A DNA stretch of 64,000 nt from Dimorphilus gyrociliatus (lineage: Eukaryota > Animalia > Annelida): positions 2,301,404-2,365,403 of the forward strand of contig CAJFCJ010000007.1 in assembly GCA_904063045.1 (NCBI GenBank), in the 5' to 3' direction. Shown one piece after another: positions 61,605 to 64,000 of this stretch (the stretch's first letter is position 1; the number at the start of each line of letters is the position of its first letter). The notes beneath the pieces were generated by a model, which was given only the letters and a program-made list of their open reading frames with translations, did not search any database and was not told where the DNA came from. The position numbers and the translations under genes are program-made.

Positions 61605-64000
61605 ATGGCTAAGAATATGAATGGTAAAAGAAAAGACGTAAAATTCGTTATTGCCGACGACTCTTCACCGGAAGCCGAAGACCAAATGCCTAAATCACCT
61701 TCAAACATTAAAAAGGATGTTTCGAAAATTTACGCCAGGTAAATAATATAAATAAATATAAAGAATATTTACGAAGTGTTACGCTTTCTTCCATTCTTTT
61801 TCTTTTACATTAACAAAAGAGAAAGAAGTAAGAAAACTTTTCCATTAGTAGTCTAAAAACTACATTTGGCGTTAATCATTTACACCGTTAAATATATATA
61901 TGTATATATATATATATATATAAGATATAAACTTATAGCTTTATTTAAGTAATTATTTGTATATATTTAATGTAATTTTAATTCTTTTATTATTGGTCAT
62001 TCCAGCTTGAATAAGCATATGAGGTTAGAAAAAAATTATAAGCTGTTTATGTGCCTTTAAAAGATTATAAAAAACAAACCCCACAAAAATAACATTCTAA
62101 ACTAAACTAAAATAATGTCAAATAATAATAATAATAATAAAAAAATTAATATTTTAATTATTTTTTTTTTTAAAAAAAATATGAAATACAAAATTTTTTT
62201 TTTTTTCAACTTTATCTTCCTGCTTTATTTTAATTTAGTTTGGATTGATAAAATTAGTTAGATAGTTAGAGAAAGAGAGAAAGAGAAGAGTTGTGTTTTT
62301 TTTTGATTATTACTTCCGCTGTGAAACAGCTTGTCTGCTTTAATATTTTAATTTTTTTTGTTGTTGATAATTATAGATATTGTTAACTATTGTTTTCATT
62401 GTTATTACTAATTTACCTGTTATCAATTAGGCCAGTCTGTGCATAGGATCACCCTTTGCCCCTATCTCCCACTCTTCCTACAAAAAAATTATTAATTTTT
62501 TATAGCATATGCTGCTAATATCACAATGCTTTATTGTTTGTTTGTTTGTTTGTTTGTTTCTGTTGTTATTGTTGTTTATCGTTTTTTAAAACTTTTTTTT
62601 TGCTAATATTTTGCTGCTTTTTCAAAAAAAAATTGCTACTCCTACCGCCTAGCCCTCTTCAGTTTATCATTGTCCATCCTATCTTGTTTTTTTTTTACCG
62701 CCATTCTTTACCAAACTTTTAACATATGCTTGTTTCTTTTTGTTTAAACTTATCAATTTCAATAGTGCTTTTCACAACCCTTACTTAATAATTACATGCA
62801 ACATATGCATTAAATTAAGCGTATTTTTAAAAGATATATCGTTTTACAGGTCAATGTCTGGTCCACAGTTTAATTTTTCCACCATCGCAAAAGCGAAAAA
62901 GGAAGCTATCGTCGCTACGCCCGAGGAATATGTCAAACGATTCGGTGGTACTAGGGTTATATCAAAAATCCTAATTGCTAATAACGGTATTGCTGCCGTT
63001 AAGTGTATTAGATCGATCAGACGATGGTCCTACGAGATATTTCGCAATGAACGGGCCGTTAAATTTGTGGTTATGGTAACACCTGAAGATTTAAAGGCAA
63101 ATGCTGAATATATTCGTTTAGCCGATCAATATATCCCCGTTCCTGGCGGTACTAATAACAATAACTACGCAAATGTTGATCTTATCCTTGATATCGCTAA
63201 GAGGACAAAAGTTCAAGGCGTTTGGGCAGGTTGGGGTCATGCTTCCGAGTTTCCAAGACTACCTGAATCTTTACATCGTAACAATATTATATTTATCGGT
63301 CCACCTGAACATGCTATGTGGGCTCTAGGTGATAAGATAGCGAGCTCTATTGTCGCTCAAAGCTGCGGTGTTCCAACTCTGCCGTGGAACGGTAGTCATT
63401 TAAAAATAGAATATGACCTTGATCAGATAGCCAAAGGTGAAGTTGTCACGGTCCCTCAAGACATCTACACTCAAGGTTGCGTAGCTAACGTATCGGAAGG
63501 CCTAAAATCTGCCAAGGAAATAGGCTTCCCTGTAATGATAAAAGCCTCCGAAGGAGGTGGCGGCAAAGGAATTAGAAAAGTTAATCATGAAGATGATTTC
63601 CCTAATGCTTTCCGACAAGTTCAAACCGAAGTACCTGGATCCCCTATATTCATTATGCAACTGGCAAAGGGTTCACGACATTTGGAAGTTCAAGTTTTGG
63701 CCGATAAATACGGAAACGCCGTATCCTTGTTCGGAAGAGATTGCTCTATCCAAAGAAGACATCAGAAAATTATTGAGGAAGCCCCCATAACGATAGCACC
63801 CGAACATATTAGAACAAAAATGGAGAAAGCTGCCGTTACGCTGGCCAAATTGGTAGGCTATCAGTCGGCAGGAACTGTTGAATATTTGTATAATCCTACA
63901 GATGAATCTTTTCACTTTTTGGAATTGAATCCAAGACTTCAAGTAGAACATCCTTGTACTGAGATGGTATGTGATGTTAACTTACCATCTGCTATGCTGG
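61605..64000 (+). CDS. ACACA: Acetyl-CoA carboxylase, 5' part (exon 61605-61738; exon 62850 to beyond the window)
   Basis: [88 protein letters not shown]. Not in the ORF track because no stop codon falls inside the window. Confidence 0.99.

Noticed and set aside
2799-63951. Dozens of short ORF-track entries antisense to or frame-shifted within real genes (e.g. 8783-9379, 29132-30377, 35399-35752, 49658-49942, 63557-63951)
   Set aside because: Shadow ORFs of recognised coding exons or low-complexity intron text, with no independent evidence.
1-64000. tRNA, rRNA, CRISPR array, U12-type introns
   Set aside because: No A/B-box cloverleaf, rRNA signature or repeat-spacer array was seen, and no RTATCCTT donor occurs at the junctions examined. 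A tRNAscan-SE/Infernal run would be decisive.

Overview
Eukaryotic, AT-rich, very gene-dense window: about 36 protein-coding genes in 64 kb, mostly with ~45-80 nt GT-AG introns and intergenic gaps of 1 bp to ~1.1 kb. It carries OTC, HSD17B7, a motile-cilia gene (CCDC151), a NOX2-type oxidase and an endonuclease IV family gene. Together these suggest a non-ecdysozoan invertebrate with a miniaturised genome (inference; species not identifiable from sequence). Most genes are recognisable housekeeping genes: P4HA, XPO4, BLOC1S1, JKAMP, PDIA6, HAUS4, POR, DUS3L, WRNIP1, CRCP, RPS20, TALDO1, TP53I3, a cytochrome b561, CCDC151, a NOX, HSD17B7, an Aurora kinase, MPHOSPH6, TXN2, APN1, CMC2, OTC, PYROXD1, NOXRED1, CARF and ACC. 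The most interesting items are: (1) a structured RPS20 5' leader with an alternative 12-bp pairing partner; (2) a transposon-like Cys-domain gene carrying Myc-box/WDR5-type motifs; (3) a 73-aa histone-H2A-like ORF; (4) an Aurora kinase with a long KEN-containing C-terminal tail; (5) a degenerate Rho-family pseudo-GTPase; (6) a secreted TSP1/acidic protein; (7) a phospho-motif repeat protein; (8) a spliced 59-aa microprotein missing from the ORF track. No tRNA, rRNA, CRISPR array or intact transposon was supportable. All gene models were assembled by eye, and homologies come from recalled motifs, not database searches.
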